Of a stretch of DNA of 64,000 bases, positions 9,766 to 20,116 are shown one piece after another (the first letter of the stretch is position 1; the number at the start of each line of letters is the position of its first letter). This stretch comes from a bacterium (lineage in GTDB: Bacteria; Bacteroidota; Ignavibacteria; SZUA-365). The stretch covers positions 21,572 to 85,571 of the forward strand of contig JAHLLD010000003.1 of assembly GCA_020444325.1 (NCBI GenBank), in the 5' to 3' direction. A program made the position numbers and the translations under genes. The notes below the pieces were generated by a model, which saw only the letters and a program-made list of their open reading frames with translations, did not search any database and was not told the DNA's origin.

Positions 9766-11346
9766 CTACGATTGAGCTGCGTTGATGGGAAAACGGAGCC
9801 GGAACGTGCTGCCCTTGCCGGGTGTGCTCTCAACCTGCACAGAACCGCCATGCGCCTGCATGATGTGCTGTACAAGGGAGAGACCGAGTCCACTGCCCTT
9901 GGCCGTATGCACGAGTCCTTCACTCACCCTGTAAAACTTTTCAAATACACGGCTGCGGTGTTCGGGGGCGATGCCGATACCGCTATCGAGAACTTCGATA
10001 AATATGTATCCTCCGTCGCGTCCCGTACGCACCTGCACCTCTTTCACATCTTCGCTGTATTTCATCGCGTTGTCGAGCAGGTTGATGAGCGCCTCCGCGA
10101 CCGCCTCTTCATCCGCCTGCACGCGGGGGAGGGAAGTCTCCAGTTCCATCGATGTGGAAAAGCCCTTGTGCTCGAGGTGGAAGCTGTACATGGTCATCAC
10201 CTCACGGACAACCGCATCGATATCAACGCTGGCGAATCGGTAGTCCTTCTTTCCCGCTTCGATGCGCGAGAAAGTGAGAATGTTATTGATAAGGCGCGTC
10301 AGCCGCTCTGTTTCCTGGACGATGATGCCGTAGTATTCCTTTCGCTGCGCTTCATCCCGGACGCGATCCATCTCCAGGGTCTCGGCGAACATCCGGATCA
10401 ACGCCAGGGGCGTTTTGAGTTCATGCGAGACGTTGGAAACGAAATCGGATTTCAGCGCGGCCAGTTCCATCTCCTTCCTCACGCTGCGGTATACGACGAT
10501 GACTCCCGCGATCAGCAGAAGGTCGATGATACTCAGCAGCAGGGCGTTGCTTTGAAAGCGATCCTGCGCGATTTCCTTCACCGTCTGTCCCTGAAGACTG
10601 ATGGCAAGCTCGTATTCGGGGAAGAGCCAGAAACCGCGCGATTGCTGCAGGGTCTGTTTCTCAGCGCGTCCGGACGTTGAGAGCAGTACCTCTCCTGTGC
10701 GCCGGTCAATGCACGACAGACGCAGATTGTCGCCCGCCAGTTCCTGCAGCTTGGGGGAAAGCACGCGACGAATGAAGCTGATCGCATTGATGGATACTGC
10801 GGCGAAGCGTCCTCTTCCTTCGCCATCCACTACCACGGCCGAAAGGCACAGACGTGTACTGCCGCTGTCGACAGGTATACGCAGGGGTTCCATTTTGTAA
10901 TACAGTTCCTCACGGTAGCGCAGCAGGCGCGACAGCAGGTTCCGGCGCGTTGCAAGGCTGTCAGCAATGCGCTGTTCGAGCAACTGCGTGGCAGCGTCGT
11001 CGAGTCGGCGCGCGGAAGCAATGACCTGTGCACTGCTGTCGAACAGCGCTGCCGTGAGTATCGCCGTGTGCTTTTCGAGAATTTCTTCAAGAATGGATGC
11101 TGTGCCGCGTTCCGCTTCCTCCCTGAGCAGGGAGCCCTGGATTTCCGCAAACCAGCTTCCCGTGATATCCCAGGAGTACTGGTTGATGGAGAACAGCACG
11201 GCATCGAGCTGCTGGGCATACACCCCGGAGAGCGTTTCCTCGGTTTTGTTCAGGCGGCTGAGTTCGAATCCCGTATACAGCAGCGCGGGGAGGAGTATCA
11301 GCAGCAGAAGAACCAGCAGGAGGATATTGAGTCGACGGTGCTTCAT
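9766..11346 (-). CDS. Sensor histidine kinase (HisKA + HATPase_c), partner of the 9064-9747 regulator
   Basis: H-box VSHELKTPLALI, N/G boxes LLDNAMKYS, DSGIGI, GSGLGLSLV. Likely start is the internal MKHRRLNILLLV signal-anchor at 11346; the ORF extends to 11418. Confidence 0.8.
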   Translation of the reverse strand: MKHRRLNILLLVLLLLILLPALLYTGFELSRLNKTEETLSGVYAQQLDAVLFSINQYSWDITGSWFAEIQGSLLREEAERGTASILEEILEKHTAILTAALFDSSAQVIASARRLDDAATQLLEQRIADSLATRRNLLSRLLRYREELYYKMEPLRIPVDSGSTRLCLSAVVVDGEGRGRFAAVSINAISFIRRVLSPKLQELAGDNLRLSCIDRRTGEVLLSTSGRAEKQTLQQSRGFWLFPEYELAISLQGQTVKEIAQDRFQSNALLLSIIDLLLIAGVIVVYRSVRKEMELAALKSDFVSNVSHELKTPLALIRMFAETLEMDRVRDEAQRKEYYGIIVQETERLTRLINNILTFSRIEAGKKDYRFASVDIDAVVREVMTMYSFHLEHKGFSTSMELETSLPRVQADEEAVAEALINLLDNAMKYSEDVKEVQVRTGRDGGYIFIEVLDSGIGIAPEHRSRVFEKFYRVSEGLVHTAKGSGLGLSLVQHIMQAHGGSVQVESTPGKGSTFRLRFPINAAQS

Positions 11347-11544
11347 GGGATACAGTTCTGTAAGAAGGAAATATCGTGACGCGCAGGCAGACAAACAATC
11401 CCGGTATCTGGATTCCACGGCACTGAAACCGTATATTCTGATGAAGATAAATGAGCTGACATATGTTCACTATTCGGGAGCCGCAGGCGATGCAGTTGCA
11501 CGCACTCCCGGAAATCCGCGTCATTCATCGCAAGGAGAAGGCAA

Positions 11545-12686
11545 TGTACGAACAGGACGAACATCGGATGATCCGAAGCACGATCCGCGAGTTTGCAGAA
11601 CAGGAAATCGGGCCGCAGGCGAAGGAACTCGATGAGAAAGAGGAATTCAGCTATGCCCTGACGAAACAGATGGGCGAAATCGGATTGTTCGGTATCGTTG
11701 TCCCACCGGAGTACGGGGGACAGGGAATGGACTACCTGTCGTATATCATTGCCGTTGAAGAAATCGCGCGGGTCGACGGTTCGCATGCCGCAACCGTGGC
11801 GGCACACAACAGCCTCGGGATCGGTCCCCTCTACAACCACGGCAGCCAGGAGCAGAAGGAGAAATACCTGCCACCGCTCTGCACCGGTGAAGGACTCTGG
11901 GCATTCGGTCTCACCGAACCGGAGGCGGGTTCGGATTCCCGCGGATCGAAGACCTCGGCACGATTGGAGGACGGAAAGTGGATTATCAACGGCTCGAAGA
12001 TTTTCATTACCAATGGTTCCACGGACATCACCCGCGGCATTACGGTGCAGGCTGTGACGGGGGAAGTCGATGGACGCAAGGAGTTCTCGACGATCATTGT
12101 GGACAGCGGGACCAAAGGACTCACTGTACGCACGATGAAAGAAAAGATGATGTGGCGTGCCTCGAACACATCGGAATTATTCTTTGACGATTGTACCGTC
12201 CCTGAAGACCATCTGCTCGGACAGCGGGGTGAGGGTTCCAAGATCATGTTGAAGACGCTCGACGATGGCAGGCTGTCGATCGCGGCCATGGGACTCGGAC
12301 TCGCACAGGGTGCTTACGAGATGGCGCTCAAGTACGCGAAGGAGCGCAAGCAGTTCGGCAAGCCGATCGCAAAGTTCCAGATTATCGGATTCAAGCTCGC
12401 GGACATGGCGATGAAAGTTGAACTCGGAAGGAATCTCCTTTACAAGGCCTGTTGGCTCAAGCAGACGGGACAACCTTTTGCGAAGCAATCCGCGATGGCC
12501 AAGCTGTACTGCTCGGAGATTGCAAAGGAAGTCGCCGATGAGTCCGTGCAGATTCACGGCGGCTACGGACTGATGAAGGAATACGATATCGAGCGTTTCT
12601 ACCGCGATCAGCGCCTGCTGCAGATCGGCGAAGGAACCTCGGAAATCCAGCGTCTCGTCATTTCACGTTATCTCCTCAACGAGTAG
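11545..12686 (+). CDS. Acyl-CoA dehydrogenase
   Basis: ACAD motifs GSKIFITNG, QIHGGYG and YRDQRLLQIGEGTSEIQR. Start chosen at MYEQDEH after AGGAGAAGG; the longer ORF from 11463 adds an atypical N-terminus. Confidence 0.85.
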
Positions 12687-12690
12687 GTCC

Positions 12691-12918
12691 ATGCTGCAGT
12701 TCACCGTTGTCGTCGAAAAAACTCTCGATGGTGTGGACGCTTCCATTCCCTCGATACGGGAATGTGAAACCTGGGCGGAAGATACCGACAAGGCCCTCAC
12801 ACTGCTGATGGACCGGCTGGCGTATTTTCTGCAACGCGAACCGGGTTTTAAGCATGACCTCGATCTGATGCGCCGGGAAGACGGAAAGACGTTTTTCAAA
12901 TTGATCATACGTAACTGA
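12691..12918 (+). CDS. HicB-like/UPF0150-family small protein (possible orphan antitoxin)
   Basis: 75 aa. MLQFTVVVEKTLDGVDASIPSIRECETWAEDTDKALTLL resembles the HicB N-terminal fold pattern (..vv.E...dG.....P.lpGC.t.g.T.eEAl). No HicA-like partner nearby. Confidence 0.4.
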   Translation: MLQFTVVVEKTLDGVDASIPSIRECETWAEDTDKALTLLMDRLAYFLQREPGFKHDLDLMRREDGKTFFKLIIRN

Positions 12919-12961
12919 GTGCGGCGGATGGACGCCGGTCTCCTTTGCACGTAGGCTCTTT

Positions 12962-14395
12962 CTACCGCGCTTCCAGTAGAAAAAATCTCCCCTTGTCGTT
13001 TCCGAAAGCGATACGACCCTCCGGACCAATTGCGGCTGTGACATTGATCGGATCACCGCTGTCAAAGCGCCAGCGCACGCTCCCATCCGCGGAAACCGCT
13101 GTCAGGATGCCGTCGGGACTCCCGATATACGCAGTTTCACGTACATCCAAGACGGGACTGGCAAGTCCACCTCCCTGCGCATACTCCAACGCCCATTCCA
13201 ACTGTCCGTCAACATCGATGCGGTACAGCTTGCCTTCCGCGGTACTTACGTATACCGACCCCGTGGCAGTCAGTGCCGGCGTGCTGTACACCGGTGCATG
13301 GAGGTCGTGCGACCAGCGACGCGTTCCGTCGGGACGAAGGGCATACAGCATGTTGTCGGTAGAGGCGATGTAAATGGTACCGAGCGCGTCAACGGCCGGA
13401 CTCCCCCGGAACGGGGCGGAGGCGGGGAAGGTCCACTGCAATTCACCATTCGTGTTGTAAGCATAGACGAGTTGGTCTGCACTGCCGATATAGACCATGG
13501 ATTCATCCGGGGAGAGTGCAGGACCGCCTTCGATGGCACCACCGGTGATGCGTCTCCATGCGACCGTTCCATCAGCATGCAGACAGGTCAGCGCGTTATC
13601 CGAGCCTCCTATATAAATTTTTCCCTGTGCGTCGAGCACGACGCTGGAGCGTCCCACAGGCGCACCGACAGAGTAATTCCATTCCTTCCGTCCGTAGCGA
13701 TCGACACTGTAAACGTTTGCGCTGCTGCTGCCGAAACACAGTGAGCCATTTTCCTGCAGGGCGGGACCATTGCCGATGCGTGCAGAGCCCGTCCAGTATG
13801 TCCATTTCAACCTGCCATTCCTGTAGTACGCATGCAGCAGAAAATTGTCGCAGCCGAAATACACCGTACCCCTTGCGTCGAAACAGGCCGAGGATCGAAT
13901 AGGGGAGCCACGCTCGAGTGACCAGGCCAGGACGGGAGAGTCGGGTCCTTCAAAGGGACTGCGTCCGCTATGCTGCGCATCGCCCATGAACATCCACCAG
14001 TTGCTTCGTCCGCTCACCAGCTCACCGCCGACGAGTACGTGAAAGGGATCGGACCATGCGGAGCGTCTCCCAAGAACATCCAGGACACGGCAGCGTATCG
14101 TGTAGCTACCGGCATCAAAGTAGCTGTGTTCGAAGGTGTAGTACAGCCCGCTCACACCCTCATTGACTACTTCGATTTCGCGTTCGTCACCCCAGTCAAT
14201 TTCATAAAGGAATTCATCGTTTTCCGGATCCACGGTAACCACGGTGAGTTCCATGAATTCGTCGACTTCGACACTGTCTGACCCGCTGATGATCTGCGGC
14301 GTTCCCGGAGGAAGATTGTTTGCGTCCTCATCACAGCCGATAAGTGGCAGCAGGACGAGCAAGAGCAGGGAAGTGATGATGGCGTTCGCTTTCAT
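12962..14395 (-). CDS. Lipoprotein with an N-terminal PKD-like domain and a PQQ-type beta-propeller
   Basis: Lipobox LLPLIGC after signal MKANAIITSLLLLVLL. PKD-like YTFEHSYFDAGSYTIRCRVLD. About 7 repeats of the form G.VY.GS.D..LYA....G...W. Confidence 0.65.
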   Translation of the reverse strand: MKANAIITSLLLLVLLPLIGCDEDANNLPPGTPQIISGSDSVEVDEFMELTVVTVDPENDEFLYEIDWGDEREIEVVNEGVSGLYYTFEHSYFDAGSYTIRCRVLDVLGRRSAWSDPFHVLVGGELVSGRSNWWMFMGDAQHSGRSPFEGPDSPVLAWSLERGSPIRSSACFDARGTVYFGCDNFLLHAYYRNGRLKWTYWTGSARIGNGPALQENGSLCFGSSSANVYSVDRYGRKEWNYSVGAPVGRSSVVLDAQGKIYIGGSDNALTCLHADGTVAWRRITGGAIEGGPALSPDESMVYIGSADQLVYAYNTNGELQWTFPASAPFRGSPAVDALGTIYIASTDNMLYALRPDGTRRWSHDLHAPVYSTPALTATGSVYVSTAEGKLYRIDVDGQLEWALEYAQGGGLASPVLDVRETAYIGSPDGILTAVSADGSVRWRFDSGDPINVTAAIGPEGRIAFGNDKGRFFLLEAR

Positions 14396-14532
14396 ATTGC
14401 GCCAATCTACATACTGCGGATACGAGGCGAAAGGGAAAAGCGACAAGGAGTGCCGGACGGAAGTGTGGTCCACATGGATGCAGGGAAAGGATGCGGCATC
14501 CGGAGACGACTGCTCCGGATGCCGCGGAGATG

Positions 14533-16386
14533 CTAGTTCGCGAGTGGCGATGCGACGATCGGGGGTTTCGGGGTAATGGGACGTTTTTCTTCACGCACCT
14601 CCATGTCGTCGATGATCAAGGCACGGGGAGCGATGACGGATGTCGGAATCCCGCTGTACCCCTGTCCCATAGACATGCTGATGCTGAAAATGGCACCGAG
14701 TCCGGGTACGCTGCTGGCACCGGCGATGCTGGTATTCCATGCCACTCTGTCGGCGCTTGCGAGGCAGCGGCGCAGTGGACTGCTCCCGGGCTTGAGCACT
14801 TCAATATTCCGGATGAGCTCTTCAGAGCCGTCTTTGACGTTGACGCGATAAATCCCGGTTACGCCGTCGAGTGGCTTTGCGCTGTTTCCTCCCTGCATGC
14901 CGAACATGCTGAAGGTGCTGCTCATATCCATATCGACGGGCGGGACGGGGACAGTTTCCGGACGTATCGTACGCACGATGTATGTGTATTCCAGTCCTTC
15001 ATCCAGCGCCCGCTCAAGCAGTTCCTGCTTCATTTCCTCGAAGGTGGGTCCATCGGATACGCGAACATCCATGATCCCGGGCCCAATACCATCGACAGTA
15101 CTGAACGAACTGTATCCCGTGCAGCGGTGTCCTGTCGATGTCTCCGTGTACTGTGTGGGTGTACGATCGGCCAGCAGGGCCTCGACCTTTCCCTCGCGTA
15201 AGAGAATCAGTTCTTCGGCAGGAATCACCCCCTGGCCGTCAACGGCAAAGGGACCCACGAGCTGGGCGCCAGCAAACGATTTTTGCTGTGGAGTGCTGGC
15301 GATGGTGATTTCTTTTGGCAGCACGCGCCGACCCATTTTTTCTCCGAGGTTGCGCGTCTGCATTTGAGAGCCCATTGCGGCGAGCGGTCCATCCATGATA
15401 GGCATGCGGGAAGCGCAGAGTCCTTCTTCTCCGAGGAAAAGACGCACGAAGAGTTCCGCAGCCGCCTGGTCTTCAAAGAGAACGGGACCGGTGTAAGAAT
15501 CCGTCATGCGTTTCGCATTGCGCCGCGCGACCAGGCGTTTGGCCATGCTGTGCATTTCCGCTTTAAGACTGGCTTCGTCAGGCAAATCCTGAGGCTGCAG
15601 CGCCATGTGCAGTACATAGTCGCTGAGCACTTCACCGTCTTCAGCCTGTGTCGTGGCGGATGCAAGAATCACGGCGACGGTTCCGGGCTCTGTGATGCTG
15701 CTCCCTTCACTGTTGAGGAAATAGTGCATGTTGTCGTTGAAATGGAAGGAGACCTGCGAAACAGCGATGCCGGGGTATTCAGTGAACAGCGCGCTGAGTC
15801 TTTGCGTGCGGCCACGCCAGGCGTTTTCGTCGCAGGAAACACTGACATGCGGCGTCTGATGCGTGACGGGTTTTACTTTTGCGAAGTCGGCGAGTCCGCG
15901 GATCGCTTCGGGAATTTCCTGCTGGCGCATGGCGGCCCGTTTCTTCTCGAGCCTCTCCGTGGCCGATTTGTAGCGCGCATCCGTTTCGAGCCAGAGATCC
16001 CGCCGGATGGCGTCGTAGTCGTCTTCAATGCTGGTCGAGCGTCCACGTCCGTACATTGATGATGTGAAATCCATGCTCATGTACTGTTCCTGGGTCAGGT
16101 CGTAATCACCGACGAGTACATCGACGTCGAGTCTGCGGACACGCGATGTGTCGAAATCGGTGATGCCTCCGGCGACGGCCTTGATTTTCGTACTGCGCAG
16201 ATCGTTGAGCGTGTATGCGATGAAGAACGGGGGACTCATTTCCTCGATGGAGAGGCGTTCGATATTCCGTGTCAGTTCGTCATTCATGGCGCGCATGATG
16301 ACGTCGCTGCTGCTCTGTGCCGCCAGTGGCTGCCAGCATGTGGCAGCGAGGAGGAAGCAGAGTGTGAGAAATCTTGTGTATTTCAT
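14533..16386 (-). CDS. Secreted TldD/PmbA-family protein (PmbA/TldE-like partner, no HExxxH)
   Basis: 617 aa, signal peptide MKYTRFLTLCFLLAATCWQPLAAQ. Adjacent and paralogous in layout to the TldD-like gene. Family assignment is by overall pattern. Confidence 0.65.
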   Translation of the reverse strand: MKYTRFLTLCFLLAATCWQPLAAQSSSDVIMRAMNDELTRNIERLSIEEMSPPFFIAYTLNDLRSTKIKAVAGGITDFDTSRVRRLDVDVLVGDYDLTQEQYMSMDFTSSMYGRGRSTSIEDDYDAIRRDLWLETDARYKSATERLEKKRAAMRQQEIPEAIRGLADFAKVKPVTHQTPHVSVSCDENAWRGRTQRLSALFTEYPGIAVSQVSFHFNDNMHYFLNSEGSSITEPGTVAVILASATTQAEDGEVLSDYVLHMALQPQDLPDEASLKAEMHSMAKRLVARRNAKRMTDSYTGPVLFEDQAAAELFVRLFLGEEGLCASRMPIMDGPLAAMGSQMQTRNLGEKMGRRVLPKEITIASTPQQKSFAGAQLVGPFAVDGQGVIPAEELILLREGKVEALLADRTPTQYTETSTGHRCTGYSSFSTVDGIGPGIMDVRVSDGPTFEEMKQELLERALDEGLEYTYIVRTIRPETVPVPPVDMDMSSTFSMFGMQGGNSAKPLDGVTGIYRVNVKDGSEELIRNIEVLKPGSSPLRRCLASADRVAWNTSIAGASSVPGLGAIFSISMSMGQGYSGIPTSVIAPRALIIDDMEVREEKRPITPKPPIVASPLAN

Positions 16387-16416
16387 GGTATGCTATCCTT
16401 GCTGATCAGGAGTGGA

Positions 16417-18162
16417 TTAGTAGGTCCGCTTCGAAGGTTGCGTCGTGCTGTTGTCCCTGTCGGGCCGCTGAAGGAGCGGGGCCCGTTCCTGGGACTTGCT
16501 TTTCTTCTGCACCTCGATCTGCGAGACCAGCAGGGAAGGTGAGATTGCGGATACGGGAACACCCCCGGACTCCGCACCGCAGGTGCCGGTAAACACTTCC
16601 GGATCATTACCCGCGGCGGTGATATTTGAGAACATGACCAGTGGTGTACCAACGAGATCCACGCCACGCACAAGTTCATCAGGCCGTCCGTCCACGTACA
16701 CGCGATACACTTCCGTTGGTGTGACATTGAACGCATTCGGCATAAAGCGTCCTGTGGTGGTGAAGCCGCCCTGTACGTCTGCGAAGAGCAGTCCGTACTC
16801 TTTCTCCTGTTTACGGCATTCTTCGATCAGCTGTTCGCGGAGGTTGGCCGGCGCGACCGGGTCCGCCGTCGTAACGATCAGGTTCGACTGACGTGATACC
16901 GGGTCATATCCCGACGCTGCGCGTCCGTGTCCGTTCGACGTCGGATGCTTTTCAAACGGTGTGCGTCCCATAAGAAAATCATGAAGTACGCCTTTTCCGA
17001 CGACTTCGACATTCTGTCCCCGTACGCCCTCATCGTCAAAAACGTAGTATCCGTTGAGATCCTGACCTTCAAAACTTCGGCGGGTCGGATCGAACAGCAC
17101 TGTCATGTGATCGGCAAGCACCGACTTTCCTTCCATTTTCTTGAATGTCTGTCCCTCGCTTTCACTTTTCTGCCTGTGTCCCTCCACGCGGTGCCCGAAT
17201 ATTTCATGGAAGAACACGCCAGCTGCGCGTCCGCTGAGCATGGCCGGACCGGTATACGGTTCCGTCACCGGTGCTTCGCGCATGGCACGCATCGTTTCCA
17301 CCATCTTTTTGGCGTCAGCGAGCATGACATCGGGCGATGGAAGATCGGAGACCTTGAATGCGAAATAGCTCTGGTAGAGGGGGAGCTCCATACCGTCGTC
17401 GCATTTGATCGTTGCATTGAGCATCACCCGTGCGGAAGTGCGATTCTCCGCGATGCGGCTGCCCTCACTGGTGACGATGTACTTCCGCTCCACGCCAAAT
17501 GACAGTGATGCGCTGCCGCGGAAAATGTGTTCACACTCGAGGAATACCGCACTGATCTTCTTGAGCGCGCGTTCCCAGGCTGCGCGATCAGGCTTGAGTG
17601 GCGCGATATCGAGTACAGGTTCCTCGTAACTCTCGATCTTGATGTCACGAGCGAAATCGTCGGATTTGTCTTCCGCTTCGACTTTTACGGCGGTATTGGC
17701 TTTCACCTGCTGGTACTTTTTTGCGGCCTTGCGGTAGGCACCGCTGCTGGCATTCCAGAGCACCAGCCGTGTTCCGTTCTCGTTGCCATCGAGCGGCAGG
17801 TTGGCAGGAATGGGGAAGTCGAAATCGAAACTGTTGCTGCCGCGGATTTCCCGGGTGTTGTCCGTCGCGTAATCCCCGACCCGCACCTGCGTGGTTGCAC
17901 CACGATTATGTGACTCCTCGCTTGCCGTCAGCGCTCCGAAGGATGCGGAGACATGTGAGCTGAAATCGTCGACGACACGGTATGAGAGGAAATAGGCAGG
18001 GGGGTCTTGCTGCTGCAGGGATGTGTATTCGCGCTGCAATTCCGATTGCAGAAGATCCAGAAAGGCGTCCTGCGCCTGCACCGTTGTCGTCGCACATAGC
18101 ACGACGAACAGGCATGACACGAACGCAGTGCGTACACTACGATACTTCATCCTTACCTCCAC
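16417..18162 (-). CDS. Secreted TldD-family zinc metalloprotease
   Basis: 581 aa, signal peptide; HExxxH (HEIFGHRVEGH) and GR..SNG-type glycine-rich segments. Confidence 0.7.
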   Translation of the reverse strand: MEVRMKYRSVRTAFVSCLFVVLCATTTVQAQDAFLDLLQSELQREYTSLQQQDPPAYFLSYRVVDDFSSHVSASFGALTASEESHNRGATTQVRVGDYATDNTREIRGSNSFDFDFPIPANLPLDGNENGTRLVLWNASSGAYRKAAKKYQQVKANTAVKVEAEDKSDDFARDIKIESYEEPVLDIAPLKPDRAAWERALKKISAVFLECEHIFRGSASLSFGVERKYIVTSEGSRIAENRTSARVMLNATIKCDDGMELPLYQSYFAFKVSDLPSPDVMLADAKKMVETMRAMREAPVTEPYTGPAMLSGRAAGVFFHEIFGHRVEGHRQKSESEGQTFKKMEGKSVLADHMTVLFDPTRRSFEGQDLNGYYVFDDEGVRGQNVEVVGKGVLHDFLMGRTPFEKHPTSNGHGRAASGYDPVSRQSNLIVTTADPVAPANLREQLIEECRKQEKEYGLLFADVQGGFTTTGRFMPNAFNVTPTEVYRVYVDGRPDELVRGVDLVGTPLVMFSNITAAGNDPEVFTGTCGAESGGVPVSAISPSLLVSQIEVQKKSKSQERAPLLQRPDRDNSTTQPSKRTY

Positions 18163-18336
18163 GTTGTTGAAACTTGATACTTCAGGTCTGATGGTTGTGT
18201 ATATCTGAATATGTGCAAAAAACCGGATATTCGGAACACATAATCGGAGATTGTGGAAAACGGACAGCGCCCGTAGATGGTGATGCAGGCAACCATTTTC
18301 TGCAGGCCCTCCAGGCCCCGTTTATTGTATTTGCAG

Positions 18337-20112
18337 TCAGCGCGTTCTTGTGCTGTCGATTTCCGTAGCAGGCGAATGCCCGGGCACGGGCGCATCCGGT
18401 GGTGTTGGAATGGGAATGAACGGTCGTGTGTCCTCAATCGAAGGCATGGGCGCATCGGACGGCATGGGAGATTCAGGCGGTACCGGCGTGTCGGGCGGGA
18501 TGAGTCCGTCGGGCGGTCTCTGCCTCCGGATTTCCCTTTCGATTTCGAGGCGGAGATTCCTTGGCATGCGCTCGAACTGTCTTTCATGTTCGCGCATGAG
18601 ACTGTCGATCATCACCGGCTCGCCTTTCTGATTATAGTGATACCACCGCATCCTGCTTGTGGAATCGTTACTGAACAGCTGCATCTGCTCGAAATTCAGT
18701 TCGAGCTGCATGTTCTCCAGCTCATTGAGCATGCCGTTCATGATGCTGTCCATGTTGACGGACATGCGCATACCGCCATCGGGACGCACTTCAACCTCGA
18801 TGCCGCGATGCCTGCTGTGTTTCGCATTCCCACTTTCCAGCGCTTCGTACAGCATCCGTGCCTGCTCGCGCTTGAACACACCGACTTCTCGTGAGAGTTG
18901 CCGCATTTCATTTTCCATCTCACGGATGACATGTGCATTCGCCTGAATAGCGATCGTGATGACATGATCCCCACGGTCGTCCCCACGTGTCGTTACGCGC
19001 ATGGACTGCTGGGGAAGCAAGGTCTCACCACGCCCATTTCCGACAGCCACGGTGCGGGCGAGCTCGTTGACGCGGACATCGAAACGTGGCATGTGATGTT
19101 CCATTCCCTTCATTAACCTTCTTAGGCTGTCCATATTCAACTGAAGGCGCTGAAACGTGATACTGTCACGCATCAACACCACAAATTCCTCTGGCATGCG
19201 TACCGTGCGGAAACGCTCAATCACGTGTGATGGACGAGGCTGCGGGGGACTCTGGCTGCTGGCATGGGAAACGAAGGTGTATGGGGTATTCCGCTGACTG
19301 AGGAAGGCGTCGAAGCGTTCGAGCTGCTCGGGTTCCAGGCTGGCAGCAATCCCGGAGAGAATGACTTTGTGATATTTACTGATGGCCGGGTCAATGGCAA
19401 TTTCGTTATCGTCATTCATTAGCACGGAGGATTCGATCTGACGCTGCGCGTAGGAAAACAGTGTATCGAAGACACGGCGCTGATCCGCGGTGGGACGAAT
19501 TTCCTCATAGAGCTCTTCGAGCGAGGCTTTTCGCGCACCGCCGCTGAGATCCCTCGCGAGCTCAACGCGATATCCGGAATCCGCATGTTCATCAACACGC
19601 AGTATCGTCCCATCTTTCTCATCGAGAGGCAGCGTGCCGAACATAGCGAACTGAAGCACGTCATCCCTGTCCGTTCGTTCGAACAGGGGCATGATCCAAC
19701 CCTTGAGAACAGAATTCTCATACGCCTCCTGCATCTGCGTCCCGGTATCCTCGACGTAACGCATCAGTCCATCACGCTGCAGCCACGCCAGCGTACCGAC
19801 AGCAACGAGCAGTACCACGGCCAGAGCTGCCGCAGCGGGCAGATAGCGCCGCGGGACGGGCAGCGCCCCATCCTGCTCTTCGGCTTCGCGGCGGATGTGA
19901 TTCATGATTTTCTCGGGGAGGAAAGGATTCGGAGGCAGGGGCTCACGTGCGGCGAGCATGGAATGCATACGCTGAAGCTGCTCGTATTCTTCGCGAACAG
20001 CGCTGTCAGTCGCGATGAGTTCCTCGACTTCCCGGCGTTCGTTTTCGCCGAGCTGTCCGTCGAGATACAGCGACAGTTGCAGTGAGATGTACTGATTTCG
20101 TCTCAATGTCAT
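18337..20112 (-). CDS. Anti-sigma factor (single TM, large extracytoplasmic domain, Pro-rich C-terminus)
   Basis: 591 aa. N-terminal anti-sigma helix pattern (YLDGQLGENERREVEELIATDSAVREEYEQLQRM), TM near aa 95-115, C-terminal PPDGLIPPDTPVPPESPMPSDAPMP. 4 bp downstream of an ECF sigma gene. Confidence 0.6.
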   Translation of the reverse strand: MTLRRNQYISLQLSLYLDGQLGENERREVEELIATDSAVREEYEQLQRMHSMLAAREPLPPNPFLPEKIMNHIRREAEEQDGALPVPRRYLPAAAALAVVLLVAVGTLAWLQRDGLMRYVEDTGTQMQEAYENSVLKGWIMPLFERTDRDDVLQFAMFGTLPLDEKDGTILRVDEHADSGYRVELARDLSGGARKASLEELYEEIRPTADQRRVFDTLFSYAQRQIESSVLMNDDNEIAIDPAISKYHKVILSGIAASLEPEQLERFDAFLSQRNTPYTFVSHASSQSPPQPRPSHVIERFRTVRMPEEFVVLMRDSITFQRLQLNMDSLRRLMKGMEHHMPRFDVRVNELARTVAVGNGRGETLLPQQSMRVTTRGDDRGDHVITIAIQANAHVIREMENEMRQLSREVGVFKREQARMLYEALESGNAKHSRHRGIEVEVRPDGGMRMSVNMDSIMNGMLNELENMQLELNFEQMQLFSNDSTSRMRWYHYNQKGEPVMIDSLMREHERQFERMPRNLRLEIEREIRRQRPPDGLIPPDTPVPPESPMPSDAPMPSIEDTRPFIPIPTPPDAPVPGHSPATEIDSTRTR

Positions 20113-20116
20113 AGTG

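Noticed and set aside
9682-10680. 332-aa ORF antisense to the 9766-11346 histidine kinase
   Set aside because: No motifs and no start context; the sense-strand kinase has H/N/G boxes.
11463-11544. Longer N-terminus (from 11463) for the acyl-CoA dehydrogenase
   Set aside because: The extension MFTIREPQAMQLHALPEIRVIHRKEKA is not ACAD-like; the ATG at 11545 is preceded by AGGAGAAGG and gives a canonical-length protein.
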